64,000 bases of DNA from the NCBI GenBank assembly GCA_045863335.1, contig BTVY01000018.1:47101-111100 (forward strand), given 5' to 3'. The stretch is from Candidatus Hydrogenedentota bacterium (GTDB taxonomy: Bacteria > Hydrogenedentota > Hydrogenedentia > Hydrogenedentales > SLHB01). Within the stretch, counting starts at the first letter, position 1. Each line of letters begins with the position of its first letter. A program made the position numbers and the translations under genes. Under the pieces are notes generated by a model. It was not told where the DNA came from. It worked only from the letters and a program-made list of their open reading frames with translations, and ran no database searches. Shown here piece after piece: positions 1 to 8,967 of the stretch.

Positions 1-853
1 CCGCATTGGGCAGGGTTGCCCGCAACTCAACCGTGCCAGTTTTGTCGATTGCCGCGGACTCGAAATCGATGACGCCTTTTTCCGGATACACGGAACCGTC
101 CAGGAGCGTCACTTCCAGGTACGGCGCATCGATGCCTTCGGCGAGCACGATTTCGTTGTCCCGGACTTCCCGTTCGTAGCGGAGATATTCGCGCTCACTC
201 ACTTGAAAACTGACGTAGATGGGATCGACCTGTCGCATGACGGTGAGCAAGCTGTTCGCGCTCGCATCCACCAGGCTGCCGATTTCCTTCTCGGCCTTCC
301 CAATGAAACCGGTCAACGGCGCTTCCACCGTGGTGTAGCTGAGTTCGAGTTCCGCTTTGGCCAATTGCGCTTTTGCGAGCCGAAGGGATGCGGCCGCGTC
401 CGCCTGCTCGGCCAGAGCCTGATCGAGGTCGGTTTCCGCAATCGCGCCCGGAACCTTTACCGAACGAAGTCGTTCGACTTCCTGCCCGGCCAGGTTCAGT
501 CGCGTCTCGGCCTGCTCGACCCGGGCCACCGCTATTTGCTGGTCCGCCTGAAACGAACGCGGATCGATGGTAAAAAGCTTCGCGCCCTGTTCGATGTAGG
601 CGCCCTCATCAAAGTCCCGGGTTTCGAGGAACCCTTGGATGCGCGCGCGCACTTCAACGAGCTTGGAAGCTTCCGTAACGCCTACGAATTCGTAGGCCAC
701 AGGCACGGTCTCGGGTTGCACGGTCACAACGGCAACTTCCGGGGGCGGGGGCGGCCCGCTTCCGGGTCCTTGAGCCAGGCTCATGGATGTAACGCTCGCG
801 CCCAGAATCAGAGCGAGTCCTATGGCAAATCGAAGTGGTCTCATGGATCTCAT
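1..853 (-). CDS. RND efflux periplasmic adaptor (MFP, AcrA/MexA family); partial, runs off the left edge
   Basis: Manual minus-strand translation from ATG 853: MRSMRPLRFAIGLALILGAS...PPPPPEVAVVTVQPETVPVAYEFVGVTEASKLVEVRARIQGFLETRDFDEGAYIEQGAKLFTIDP, a typical MFP N-terminus and lipoyl half-motif. Absent from the ORF track because there is no stop in the window. Confidence 0.9.
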   Translation of the reverse strand, partial: MRSMRPLRFAIGLALILGASVTSMSLAQGPGSGPPPPPEVAVVTVQPETVPVAYEFVGVTEASKLVEVRARIQGFLETRDFDEGAYIEQGAKLFTIDPRSFQADQQIAVARVEQAETRLNLAGQEVERLRSVKVPGAIAETDLDQALAEQADAAASLRLAKAQLAKAELELSYTTVEAPLTGFIGKAEKEIGSLVDASANSLLTVMRQVDPIYVSFQVSEREYLRYEREVRDNEIVLAEGIDAPYLEVTLLDGSVYPEKGVIDFESAAIDKTGTVELRATLPNA

Positions 854-1045
854 TCCTGCGGTTGGAACCTTAGCGGATTAGGCACACACGGGGACGTGTG
901 GCCGGTAGCAGTACTTCTTCATGTTTACGATCTTGATCGGGCCTGGATTGCGACGATGGGGAGCCGCTTACGTTACCAATGCCTATATCCAGTCGCAGGA
1001 TGCGCATCTTTTAGTGTCCTGCTTGATACAGACGTCACTCGCTGG

Positions 1046-1600
1046 CTATATCGCCGCCGTGGATACCTCCTCAGCCAGTTCCATTAATTCGTCGACCAGC
1101 GCCTTACGCTGGTTTGCATCAAAAGGCGATGCCTGTAGGAGTTCCAACAGAAACAACCCGTCAGCCGCCAGTAGCACGAGCGCCTTGCGCAACGCCGAAC
1201 CGCCGTCTTTCTCGTGGGCCGCGAAACGCTTTTGATGATGTTCCCGTATGCTCTTAATCAGGGACGGCTCATTAGCAACGGCCGCCAACAACGCCGCCCC
1301 GACGCGGCGGTCAGACGCCGGCCGCACCAGCCGCGCGACGATGTCCGCTTGCAGCGCGCGCGCCGGCCCCTCGGGAAGGTCCGCCTGTGATTCCACGCGC
1401 CGCGCGTCGCCCCGCTCGATGAGGCGGGCAATCATCGCCTCCACAAGGGCGTCCTTGGTCGGGAAGTGGTACAGAAGCCCGCCCTTGCTGACACCGGCCT
1501 TCTCGGCAACGGCATCCAAGGTGAGGCGGGACGGACCCCCTTCGACCACCACCGCTTCGGCGGAGTCTAGGACGAGGTCTTTGCAACTTGGACGTGCCAT
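1046..1600 (-). CDS. TetR/AcrR family transcriptional regulator
   Basis: HTH motif LTLDAVAEKAGVSKGGLLYHFPTKDAL; upstream of and co-oriented with the RND adaptor; start taken at MARPSCKD. Confidence 0.93.
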   Translation of the reverse strand: MARPSCKDLVLDSAEAVVVEGGPSRLTLDAVAEKAGVSKGGLLYHFPTKDALVEAMIARLIERGDARRVESQADLPEGPARALQADIVARLVRPASDRRVGAALLAAVANEPSLIKSIREHHQKRFAAHEKDGGSALRKALVLLAADGLFLLELLQASPFDANQRKALVDELMELAEEVSTAAI

Positions 1601-1619
1601 ATGGATTGAGTGGTTTCCA

Positions 1620-1649
1620 GTTACTATACCGTCTAGACGGTATAGTAAC
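1620..1649. promoter_or_regulatory. Perfect 30-bp palindrome, probable TetR operator
   Basis: GTTACTATACCGTCT|AGACGGTATAGTAAC, about 20 bp upstream of the tetR start. Confidence 0.85.
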
Positions 1650-1706
1650 GCGAGCAAGACATTCGTGTCAAGCGGTGTACGAAGGGATTTCAATACGAAT
1701 GATGTC

Positions 1707-2726
1707 TTAGGTCGGAAACCAGCCTTCGAGGAACTCTGCCAGGGTGCCGTCGTACTCGGCTTCAGCGAGGAACTCGGTGCCGTGCTGGTTGCCCCAGGAG
1801 TAGTTAATGATGAGCTTGCCGTTGTGCTCGCAGAAGTCGATATCGGAGTTGTTGATGTTGGTGGCGTTGGCGATGATTCCCCGTTGCTCGGGGCTTAGCT
1901 TGTCGTTGGCGATTTGCTTGTCTGCGTCGGAGGCTTTCAGCACCGGATTGAGGGGACTTAGTTCCCAGTCAATCAGGTCTTTGGACCGCACCAGGTACTG
2001 TTCGTATCCGCCATTCACCGCTTCCAGGAAGAAGTTGTAGTAGTGCCCGTTGTGGTGGCGCAAGGCGTGGGGCGCGGTGTAGCGGTCCTTTGAGTAGGTA
2101 CACTCGGGCGGCATGAGGTCCCATTGGCGCAGGTCGCTGGACCGTGCGAAGAGGGCCGTGAAGCGCGTTCCCGCGACTTCGGGCGGTTTGCCCACTTCGT
2201 ACATGAGCATGTAGCCGTCATGGATGGTGCAGAGCGAGGTGTTGAAGATTCCGTACCCCGGCAGGTTGAGGACGTTCCAGGTTTCCCAATGCTCCATGTC
2301 GTGGGAAACGAAGATGTCGATGCGTTCGCCGTCCCAGATATTGGTGCCCATCACGAAGATCGTCCCGCCCTCGACCATGGCGCATCCCAGGTGGTATCCC
2401 TTCGCGAAGGGAGCGCTTGCCTCCCCGGTTTCGCGATCGATGAACCGAAAGTAGGAGTCGCCGGTTGTATTTCCCCAATACCCCTGCCGGACGTATTCAA
2501 AGCGATAGACCCGATTCTTGAATACGACGGGTGTGGTTTCAACCAGATCCGGATCGATGGTGCCGAGTTTCCTGATCGCCGGTTTTGCCGGGGTCGGCTG
2601 GCCGTTCGCCGAACTCAGCGCGACGCCGCCCACCGCCAACGCCGATGCTGCCAAAAACTGCCTGCGGGGCAGTTTCAGCCCGCGCCCGTGTCTGCGATTA
2701 TCCATCACGAGTCCCTCCAAACCCAT
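1707..2726 (-). CDS. Tat-exported beta-propeller glycoside-hydrolase-like protein
   Basis: Twin-arginine signal PRRQFLAASALAVGG; repeated S-x-D-L-x-x-W blade motifs (SHDMEHW, SSDLRQW, SKDLIDW) and NPVL. Confidence 0.7.
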   Translation of the reverse strand: MGLEGLVMDNRRHGRGLKLPRRQFLAASALAVGGVALSSANGQPTPAKPAIRKLGTIDPDLVETTPVVFKNRVYRFEYVRQGYWGNTTGDSYFRFIDRETGEASAPFAKGYHLGCAMVEGGTIFVMGTNIWDGERIDIFVSHDMEHWETWNVLNLPGYGIFNTSLCTIHDGYMLMYEVGKPPEVAGTRFTALFARSSDLRQWDLMPPECTYSKDRYTAPHALRHHNGHYYNFFLEAVNGGYEQYLVRSKDLIDWELSPLNPVLKASDADKQIANDKLSPEQRGIIANATNINNSDIDFCEHNGKLIINYSWGNQHGTEFLAEAEYDGTLAEFLEGWFPT

Positions 2727-2802
2727 TGCGTTTCCTAACTATAGGGGATAGTCGGGCCAATGCGCCAACCCGGAAAACCGCGGCCGTGTCAACCGACCAA
2801 CA

Positions 2803-2866
2803 TACTAATTCGTTAGTAGGTATTGACAGGGCAACTCGGACGCGCTATGCTACTAAATAATTAGTA
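2803..2866 (+). promoter_or_regulatory. Sigma70 promoter flanked by two BlaI-type operators
   Basis: TTGACA (2823-2828), 17 bp, TATGCT (2846-2851); dyads TACTAA-N4-TTAGTA at 2803-2818 and 2851-2866; RBS AGGAGG before ATG 2895. Confidence 0.85.
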
Positions 2867-2894
2867 AGTACTCCGGCTTTAGGAGGACCAGACC

Positions 2895-3284
2895 ATGCCT
2901 CGCGTTCCCTCGCGATTCCCCACAGACCTGGAATTGGCCATCTTGAAAATCCTCTGGCAGCGGGGTCCCTCCACCGTCCGGCAGGTTCGCGATGAGCTTG
3001 CCGATGAACGCGATCTCGCGTACACCTCGGTCATGACGATCATGACCATCATGGCGGACAAGGGCTACGTCCGGCGGCGCAAGGCAAAGGGGAGCTACGT
3101 GTACCGGCCCGTACTCGAACAGCAGTCCGCGGCGCGCGCGATGCTCTCCGATGTGGTGAACCGGGTGTTCGATGGGTCCGCAGCCGCCGCGGCGGTCCAC
3201 CTGCTCGAATCGGCGGAGATCGATCCTGCCGAACTCCACGAACTCCAGCGGCTGCTTGCCAGCAAAAGGGGGAGCGAATCATGA
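2895..3284 (+). CDS. BlaI/MecI/CopY family repressor
   Basis: PTDLELAILKILW...TVRQV...LAYTSVMTIMTIMADKGYVRR...YVYRP...VFDGS signature; ATGA overlap with the next gene. Confidence 0.93.
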   Translation: MPRVPSRFPTDLELAILKILWQRGPSTVRQVRDELADERDLAYTSVMTIMTIMADKGYVRRRKAKGSYVYRPVLEQQSAARAMLSDVVNRVFDGSAAAAAVHLLESAEIDPAELHELQRLLASKRGSES

Positions 3285-6200
3285 ATCCCATCGTTGCACT
3301 CAATCCCGAATTCAGCGCGCGCTTCGTGATGACCCTCGCCCATTTTCTGTGGCAGGGAGCGGCCATCGGAATCTTCGCGATCGCATTGGGCGCTGTGCTC
3401 CGCCGCGCCTCGGCACGGCTGCGCTACGGGATCTTTCTGATCGCCTTGTCGGGCATGGCGCTGTGTCCGCCGGTGACGTTTCTGATGATTGAGTCCGGCG
3501 CGATGCCCACGCCAAACCCGGAGCTAGCCATGGGGCCTATCGATTTGGGGATGGGCGCTGCGGATCATGAGGGCTATAGGACCTATAGGACCGATGGGAA
3601 GGATCGGACGGATCGGTCGGATCCGTCGGATCAGTCGGATCGGTCCGATGCGGCTATGGCTGCGAGCATCGAAGCAGACACCAACTTTGAAGCTACTGCG
3701 CCGCAGGCGAACCCGGAACCAGCCAATCTCGAATTTGCGACCGCGCCTCCCACCGCCGCGAACTGGCGCGACTACACGCCGTACTTGATCCTGGCGTACC
3801 TTGCCGGCGTGGTGGTCATGCTGGCGCGGCTGGGCTTGGGGCTCGCGGGTGGGGGAAGCCTTCGCAAACGCGCGGAGCGGATCTCGGACAACGCGATCCT
3901 CGAAGCCGTGCGGCGTCATGCGCAATTGCTCAAGCTGCGCGCGGTCCCGGTCGTAGCCTATTGCCACCGCGTCGCTGTGCCGACGGTGGTGGGGGTCATC
4001 CGGCCGATGATTCTGCTGCCTGCTTCGCTGGCGACGGGCATGCCTCCGTTGCAGGTCGAACTCCTGCTGCTCCACGAACTCGCCCATATCCGGCGTTACG
4101 ATCACGCGGTCAATATTCTCCAACGAGTTATCGAAGCCGCACTCTTCTTCCACCCCGCCGTGTGGTATGTGTCGCATCGCATTCGCGTCGAACGCGAACA
4201 CTGCTGCGACGACCTCGTGATCGCGCTCGGCGGCGAACGGCATGCCTATGCGGAATCTCTCATCGGTGCCGCCGCGCTGGCCTCGGGCATGCGCCTCTCC
4301 CCCGCCGCCCTCGCGGCAACGGGCAAACCGTCGCAGTTGCGCAAGCGCATCCATCGGCTCCTCGAGGAGCCGGCGCCACCGGTCCGGCTCGTCCGCGGCG
4401 GGTGGGTGTTGACTGCGTTGGCGATCGTTGCGCTGGTCGCGGGAGCCACGCAATTCTCAGGTCCAACGAGTGAGACTCCGGTAATCGAGAACCTAATCAA
4501 AGCAAGGGCAACCGAAGACTTGGCGATCGTTCCTGAACCCGTCGAGACGCTTCAGGTGGCCGAAGCCCCCAAGTCCGAATCAGAGGACGCTTCAGAGCCT
4601 GATGTCGCGCAAAGCGATCCTCCGAGCAGTGCCCCGTTAAGCGAGCAAGAGAGCAACGCCAAAGCGATGGATCTCTATGTCCAGACCCAAGATCCGGATT
4701 GGTGGTTGCGTAAAGTCGCGGTGCAGCAGTTAGGAGAACTGCCACATTCCACCGGGATCGTGCAAAGTCTCATCGGCATGCTCAAAGACGAGGACGCGCG
4801 GGTTCAGGCGGCGGCCGCGGAAGCGCTCGCGAAGCAGGGCGACCCGCAAGCCGTCAAGCACCTGGTCGCGGCGTTGAAAGAGGAATCTGAAGTCCGCGAC
4901 GCGGCTGCGGAAGCGCTCACACATTTCAAGCACGAGGACGTCATGCCCCTGCTGACCCTCGCGGCGCGGGACGAAGACATGACCGTGCGCCTGGGTGCTA
5001 TCCTCGGACTCGGCAAGCAGAACACGGCGGAGGCTGCGGAAATACTCGTGGGTCTTCTGCCCGAATTCTACGACGAAGACCCGTCCCGGCGCGGCCCGAT
5101 GCCTCCACGGCCGCCGGTCCGTTCCCGCAGCAATCGTCTCCCCGTGAATCCGGCCGAACTTCGGCCCACTGGCGCGGCCGTGGCCGAGGCGCTTTCCGCG
5201 ATGGACCCGGCGATCGCCCGGCCCGCATTGCTGGAAGCCGCCACGAGCTCGGATTGGCGAACGCTGATGCAGACTGCGCTGGTGATTGGCGCATCGGATA
5301 TGCGAGACGAGTCTGACCTGCAGAACGCGCTGCTGGGCATGTTGAAACACGAGCGTAAGGACGTGCGCGCAGCGGCTGCTCAGGTGTTGTCCGAGGCCGT
5401 GAAGGCCCGCGTTGCCGCAGGCGAATCCGCGTCTCCGGAAGTGCTCGCCGCCCTGGAACCCTTGTTGCGCGACCCGAATCGGGCGATCACCTGGATCGCG
5501 GCGGACGCGTTGCGCGGCAGTGGCTGGCAACCGTCCTCGACGGAGGAACGGGCGTGGTTCCTCGTTGCGATCGGACAAGGACAAGAAGCTTCGTCCCTCG
5601 GTTCCGTCGCCCTGGAGCCTTTCTTGCACGCCCTCAACGCGGACTCCTCCCCGGCCTTCGACCAACAAGGCAAGGAGACCAACCCGCCGCGCGATATCGT
5701 GCAGTGGTTGTCCGAACTCGACGACCCGGGCAAAGTCGAGCCCTTGATCTCCGTGCTGACCCGTTTTGGAGATAACACAACGATGGAGGTCGCATCGGTC
5801 CTGGGAACAACCGGCGATCCTCGAGCCTTCGAACCGCTCGCCGGGCTTCTCGGTCATCTCAATGCCGATGTCCAGGGTAGCGCCCTGTGGGCACTCGGTA
5901 AACTGAACGATCCGCGCGCCGTTGAACCTCTCATCGCGATGCTCGACCACCCCAATGAAAACGTTCGCGAACAAGCGATAAAGGCGTTGGGAGAAATCGG
6001 CGACCCCCGCGCCGCCGACGCCGTTCGGCCCCTTTTGGAGAATGAAGATGGCCTGGTTGTGGAAGCGGCGAAAGCTCTGGGCGCATTTAAAGACGCGAAG
6101 AGCGCGCCGCGTATCGCGGAGCTGTACCGGGAAACAAATCCCGACTCGGGGAACAACGACACGTACGTAAACGCGCTGGTGTCGATCGACGGGAATCTCG

Positions 6201-7327
6201 CGGAACAGACGTTCATGGAGATACTGAAGGGAAACCCAAGCGAGAACAAGCGCTGGCAATCGGCAAAGGCGCTCGGAGAATTAAGGAGTACGGAGGCCAT
6301 CCCGCTATTGCGCGAAGCGATCCTCTTCGACACGAACGATAAGGCAAAAAGAGCGGCCATTGGGGCACTGGGTAATATCGGCGGAGATGAAGCGGCACGC
6401 GCGTTGACAACGCTGCAGGAAATGCAGGACTGGCGGACGAGAAACCTTTACCTTGAATATGCAGATGATATCGCCACGGCCTTCAGCGCCATGGACGATC
6501 AAATATCGTCCGACCCGCTTGCAAGGTTATACCGGGACTGTGAAAAAGAACAGTATCGGCTCCCTGCGCGTTTGACTGCCGCCACGACCCTGGCCAAACG
6601 AGGCGACCCTCGCGGGAAGACCATGCTGCAAGAGCTGCAGAACATCCCCGAGACGCGCATCGCGGCGACTAATGCGCTGCAGGAGATGGCGCAGCAATCC
6701 GGGCCGGAAGCGGATACCGCCACGCCCGCCGGTGCAGCGGATCGGACGGATCAGACCGATCGGACGGATCAGTCGGATCAGTCCACTTCGGAGACCCAGC
6801 CGACCACCCAACTTCTTGGTCCGCGGCTTCAGTTCCGCTGGGTCGTGGAAGGAGAAGATGCCGTAGGCAAGACCGTCCTCCCCGCGCCGACGGAAGAGGA
6901 ACCGGACCGTACCCTCGTCGTGGGCGATGATGTGGTGTTCTACGAACGGGACGTTCAGTCGGCCATCACGAAGAAGGATCCGAATGGCGACGCATATGCC
7001 GTGTTCTTCGTCACCACCGAAGACGGCGAGAAGCGGTTATGGAACGCAACGGAGCAGAACCAGGGGAAACGGCTGGCCATCATTTTTGATGGCCGAGTCC
7101 TGAGCGCCCCGGTCGTGCAGTCGGCGATCGGGAAGTCCGGACAAATTACCGGCGACCTGACCGAGGAAGAGGCCGAAGTTATCGCGGGTGCGATCAATGA
7201 CGCGCTTGGTGATGATGAAGGCGAGTCGATGCCGAAGCCGATCCTCTACGACAAGCTTCAGCCGCGAGAAGCGGAGCCTCTTAACGTCCGGGAACGAATC
7301 GCGCCGGAGGTTGTCGAACCACGGTAA
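3281..7327 (+). CDS. BlaR1/MecR1-type M56 metallopeptidase fused to HEAT repeats and a C-terminal SecD-like (P1 head) domain
   Basis: HFLWQG N-terminus, P-x-V-V-G-x-x-R-P-x-I-L-L-P, zinc motif HELAH, EREHCCD; many HEAT/PBS-lyase repeats (e.g. DVQGSALWALGKLNDPRAVEPLIAML); C-terminal GKRLAIIFDGRVLSAPVVQSAI...ITGDLTEEEA resembles the SecD head. Confidence 0.88.
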   Translation: MNPIVALNPEFSARFVMTLAHFLWQGAAIGIFAIALGAVLRRASARLRYGIFLIALSGMALCPPVTFLMIESGAMPTPNPELAMGPIDLGMGAADHEGYRTYRTDGKDRTDRSDPSDQSDRSDAAMAASIEADTNFEATAPQANPEPANLEFATAPPTAANWRDYTPYLILAYLAGVVVMLARLGLGLAGGGSLRKRAERISDNAILEAVRRHAQLLKLRAVPVVAYCHRVAVPTVVGVIRPMILLPASLATGMPPLQVELLLLHELAHIRRYDHAVNILQRVIEAALFFHPAVWYVSHRIRVEREHCCDDLVIALGGERHAYAESLIGAAALASGMRLSPAALAATGKPSQLRKRIHRLLEEPAPPVRLVRGGWVLTALAIVALVAGATQFSGPTSETPVIENLIKARATEDLAIVPEPVETLQVAEAPKSESEDASEPDVAQSDPPSSAPLSEQESNAKAMDLYVQTQDPDWWLRKVAVQQLGELPHSTGIVQSLIGMLKDEDARVQAAAAEALAKQGDPQAVKHLVAALKEESEVRDAAAEALTHFKHEDVMPLLTLAARDEDMTVRLGAILGLGKQNTAEAAEILVGLLPEFYDEDPSRRGPMPPRPPVRSRSNRLPVNPAELRPTGAAVAEALSAMDPAIARPALLEAATSSDWRTLMQTALVIGASDMRDESDLQNALLGMLKHERKDVRAAAAQVLSEAVKARVAAGESASPEVLAALEPLLRDPNRAITWIAADALRGSGWQPSSTEERAWFLVAIGQGQEASSLGSVALEPFLHALNADSSPAFDQQGKETNPPRDIVQWLSELDDPGKVEPLISVLTRFGDNTTMEVASVLGTTGDPRAFEPLAGLLGHLNADVQGSALWALGKLNDPRAVEPLIAMLDHPNENVREQAIKALGEIGDPRAADAVRPLLENEDGLVVEAAKALGAFKDAKSAPRIAELYRETNPDSGNNDTYVNALVSIDGNLAEQTFMEILKGNPSENKRWQSAKALGELRSTEAIPLLREAILFDTNDKAKRAAIGALGNIGGDEAARALTTLQEMQDWRTRNLYLEYADDIATAFSAMDDQISSDPLARLYRDCEKEQYRLPARLTAATTLAKRGDPRGKTMLQELQNIPETRIAATNALQEMAQQSGPEADTATPAGAADRTDQTDRTDQSDQSTSETQPTTQLLGPRLQFRWVVEGEDAVGKTVLPAPTEEEPDRTLVVGDDVVFYERDVQSAITKKDPNGDAYAVFFVTTEDGEKRLWNATEQNQGKRLAIIFDGRVLSAPVVQSAIGKSGQITGDLTEEEAEVIAGAINDALGDDEGESMPKPILYDKLQPREAEPLNVRERIAPEVVEPR
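3575..3649 (+). repeat. In-frame 9-bp tandem repeat (TATAGGACC/GATCGGACG-type), about 8 units
   Basis: tataggacc tataggacc gatgggaag gatcggacg gatcggtcg gatccgtcg gatcagtcg gatcggtcc; encodes YRTYRTDGKDRTDRSDPSDQSDRS. Confidence 0.85.
6740..6784 (+). repeat. In-frame 9-bp tandem repeat, 5 units, same family
   Basis: gatcggacg gatcagacc gatcggacg gatcagtcg gatcagtcc; encodes DRTDQTDRTDQSDQS. Confidence 0.85.
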
Positions 7328-7379
7328 CACGAGGCGAAAGAGCATTCCCTTGCGGACCGCACTCCATGCGGTTCTCCCC

Positions 7380-7488
7380 ATCGGGATCGGTATCGCTATC
7401 GGGATCGAAAAGAGAAGAGCGAATTACTGCCGAACTCGATACCGAACTCGATACCGATAGCGATACCGATAGCGATACCGATTCCAAT
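7380..7488. repeat. Inverted pair of hexamer tandem arrays (ATCGGT-type / ACCGAT-type)
   Basis: 5 units ATCG(G/C/A)N at 7380-7409 and 10 complementary units at 7429-7488; lies between convergent genes and can form a hairpin. Confidence 0.85.
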
Positions 7489-7506
7489 GCGGCGCAGTCG
7501 GGGGAA

Positions 7507-7980
7507 CTAGCAGAAGTCCCGGCTGCGGCGACGGATGGATCGGAAGAACTCGGTCAGAATGGCGCCGCACTCTTCGGCGAGGAGTCCGGGGTAAACCTTG
7601 GGCTGGTGGTTGAAGCGGGGGTCTTCGAGCAGGTTCATGAGCGAGCCGACGGTCCCCGCTTTCGGATCGTAGGCCCCGAAGTACACCTCCGGCACCCGCG
7701 CGAGAATGATCGCGCCCGAACACATGGGGCAGGGCTCGAGCGTCACGTACAGCTTCGTCTCTTCCAAACGCCAGCTTCCCAGCTTGTTGGCCGCCTGCGT
7801 GATGGCCAGGATCTCCGCGTGGGCCGTCGGGTCCTGCAACATCTCCCGCTGGTTGTGGGCCTTCCCGATGATTTGTCCGTCATACACGATGACGCAGCCC
7901 ACCGGCACTTCTCCGGCTTCCTGCGCGTATTGCGCCTCGCGGATGGCATACTGCATGTAGCGAGCGTTGTCGTCAAGCAT
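7507..7980 (-). CDS. tadA: tRNA adenosine(34) deaminase
   Basis: GEVPVG, DPTAHAE, LYVTLEPCPMC and FNH motifs. Confidence 0.96.
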   Translation of the reverse strand: MLDDNARYMQYAIREAQYAQEAGEVPVGCVIVYDGQIIGKAHNQREMLQDPTAHAEILAITQAANKLGSWRLEETKLYVTLEPCPMCSGAIILARVPEVYFGAYDPKAGTVGSLMNLLEDPRFNHQPKVYPGLLAEECGAILTEFFRSIRRRSRDFC

Positions 7981-8015
7981 AGGCAGCGATTGTCGGGAAT
8001 GGAAGTAGGGAAGTC

Positions 8016-8099
8016 AAATGATGAATGATGAGTGATGAATGATGAACGCGGAAAGAAAATGCAATTGCCATCAATTTCACCACTCATCATTCATCATTT
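8016..8099. repeat. Inverted pair of heptamer tandem arrays (ATGATGA / TCATCAT)
   Basis: 4 units at 8018-8045 and 3 complementary units at 8077-8097, between divergent tadA and usp. Confidence 0.85.
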
Positions 8100-8142
8100 G
8101 CCCCTTCGTGCTACAATCAATACAGAAACTCTGGTACCCATC

Positions 8143-8583
8143 ATGAAAACCATCCTGACCGCCATTGATTTCTCCGGGGCGACGGACGCGGTAGTAAGCA
8201 CCGCCGCCGAACTGACGCGGGCCCTGGGCGGGGAACTCCACCTGCTGCACGTGGAAGCGCCGAACCCCGATTTCGTCGGTTACGAACCGGGACCGCAGAC
8301 GGTGCGCGACCAAGTGGCGAAGTCCATGGCGGAAGACCGAGACGACATCATCACGTTGCGCGACCGGTTGAAGGCCGGCGGCATCGTCGCCCACGCGCTG
8401 GTCGTGCAAGGTCCGACCGTGCGGAAGATCGTTGAAGAAGCCGAACGCCTGCCTGCGGACCTCGTCGTTATCGGCAGCCATGGCCACGGCGCGCTCTACG
8501 ATCTCGTGTTGGGAAGCGTCAGCGACGGCGTCGTGCGCAAGGCGCCGTGCCCGGTTCTGGTCGTTCCCAAGCCGCAGGGGTGA
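8143..8583 (+). CDS. Universal stress protein
   Basis: MKTILTAIDFS N-terminus; G-SHG...GSVS...APCPVLVV C-terminus; extended -10-like TGCTACAAT upstream. Confidence 0.93.
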   Translation: MKTILTAIDFSGATDAVVSTAAELTRALGGELHLLHVEAPNPDFVGYEPGPQTVRDQVAKSMAEDRDDIITLRDRLKAGGIVAHALVVQGPTVRKIVEEAERLPADLVVIGSHGHGALYDLVLGSVSDGVVRKAPCPVLVVPKPQG

Positions 8584-8643
8584 CTTCGCTGTTGCGTGTC
8601 CGTGTTCCCTGCGCGGCCCCGCTCATGATAGACTTTCCATGCC

Positions 8644-8898
8644 ATGGCCAAACTCACACTCGATTTGCACGACATCTACAACAAGAAATACTCCATCGAA
8701 ATGGAGTTGAACCGCATCATTCAGGAAGCGGTGGATAAGCGCATCGCGACCGTCGAAATCATCCCCGGGAAAGGCAGCGGCCAACTCAAGAAGACGGTGT
8801 TGCGGTTCCTGCAACGGCCCGACATCAAGCGCCTGTACCACCGCGTCGAGAAAGACAGCAAGAACTTTGGACGGTTATTCGTCCATTTTCGTCATTGA
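8644..8898 (+). CDS. Stand-alone Smr domain protein
   Basis: LDLH and IIPGKGSG motifs, N.G C-terminal motif; 84 aa. Confidence 0.88.
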   Translation: MAKLTLDLHDIYNKKYSIEMELNRIIQEAVDKRIATVEIIPGKGSGQLKKTVLRFLQRPDIKRLYHRVEKDSKNFGRLFVHFRH

Positions 8899-8967
8899 AA
8901 TGTCAGCGAAGAACCACATACTACCGTACGGGATCGGGTTTGCCACGAATTTCGGGCCAACGCGAAG

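Noticed and set aside
203-1087. 294-aa + strand ORF
   Set aside because: Antisense shadow of the RND adaptor gene on the minus strand; no recognisable motifs.
2895-7327. Beta-lactam resistance locus (blaI/blaR1/blaZ)
   Set aside because: No penicillin-binding sensor domain is evident and there is no beta-lactamase gene nearby.
7366-8028. 220-aa ORF with DTDS repeats, and other YR/VS-repeat ORFs here
   Set aside because: These come from reading through the hexamer array and the antisense strand of tadA.
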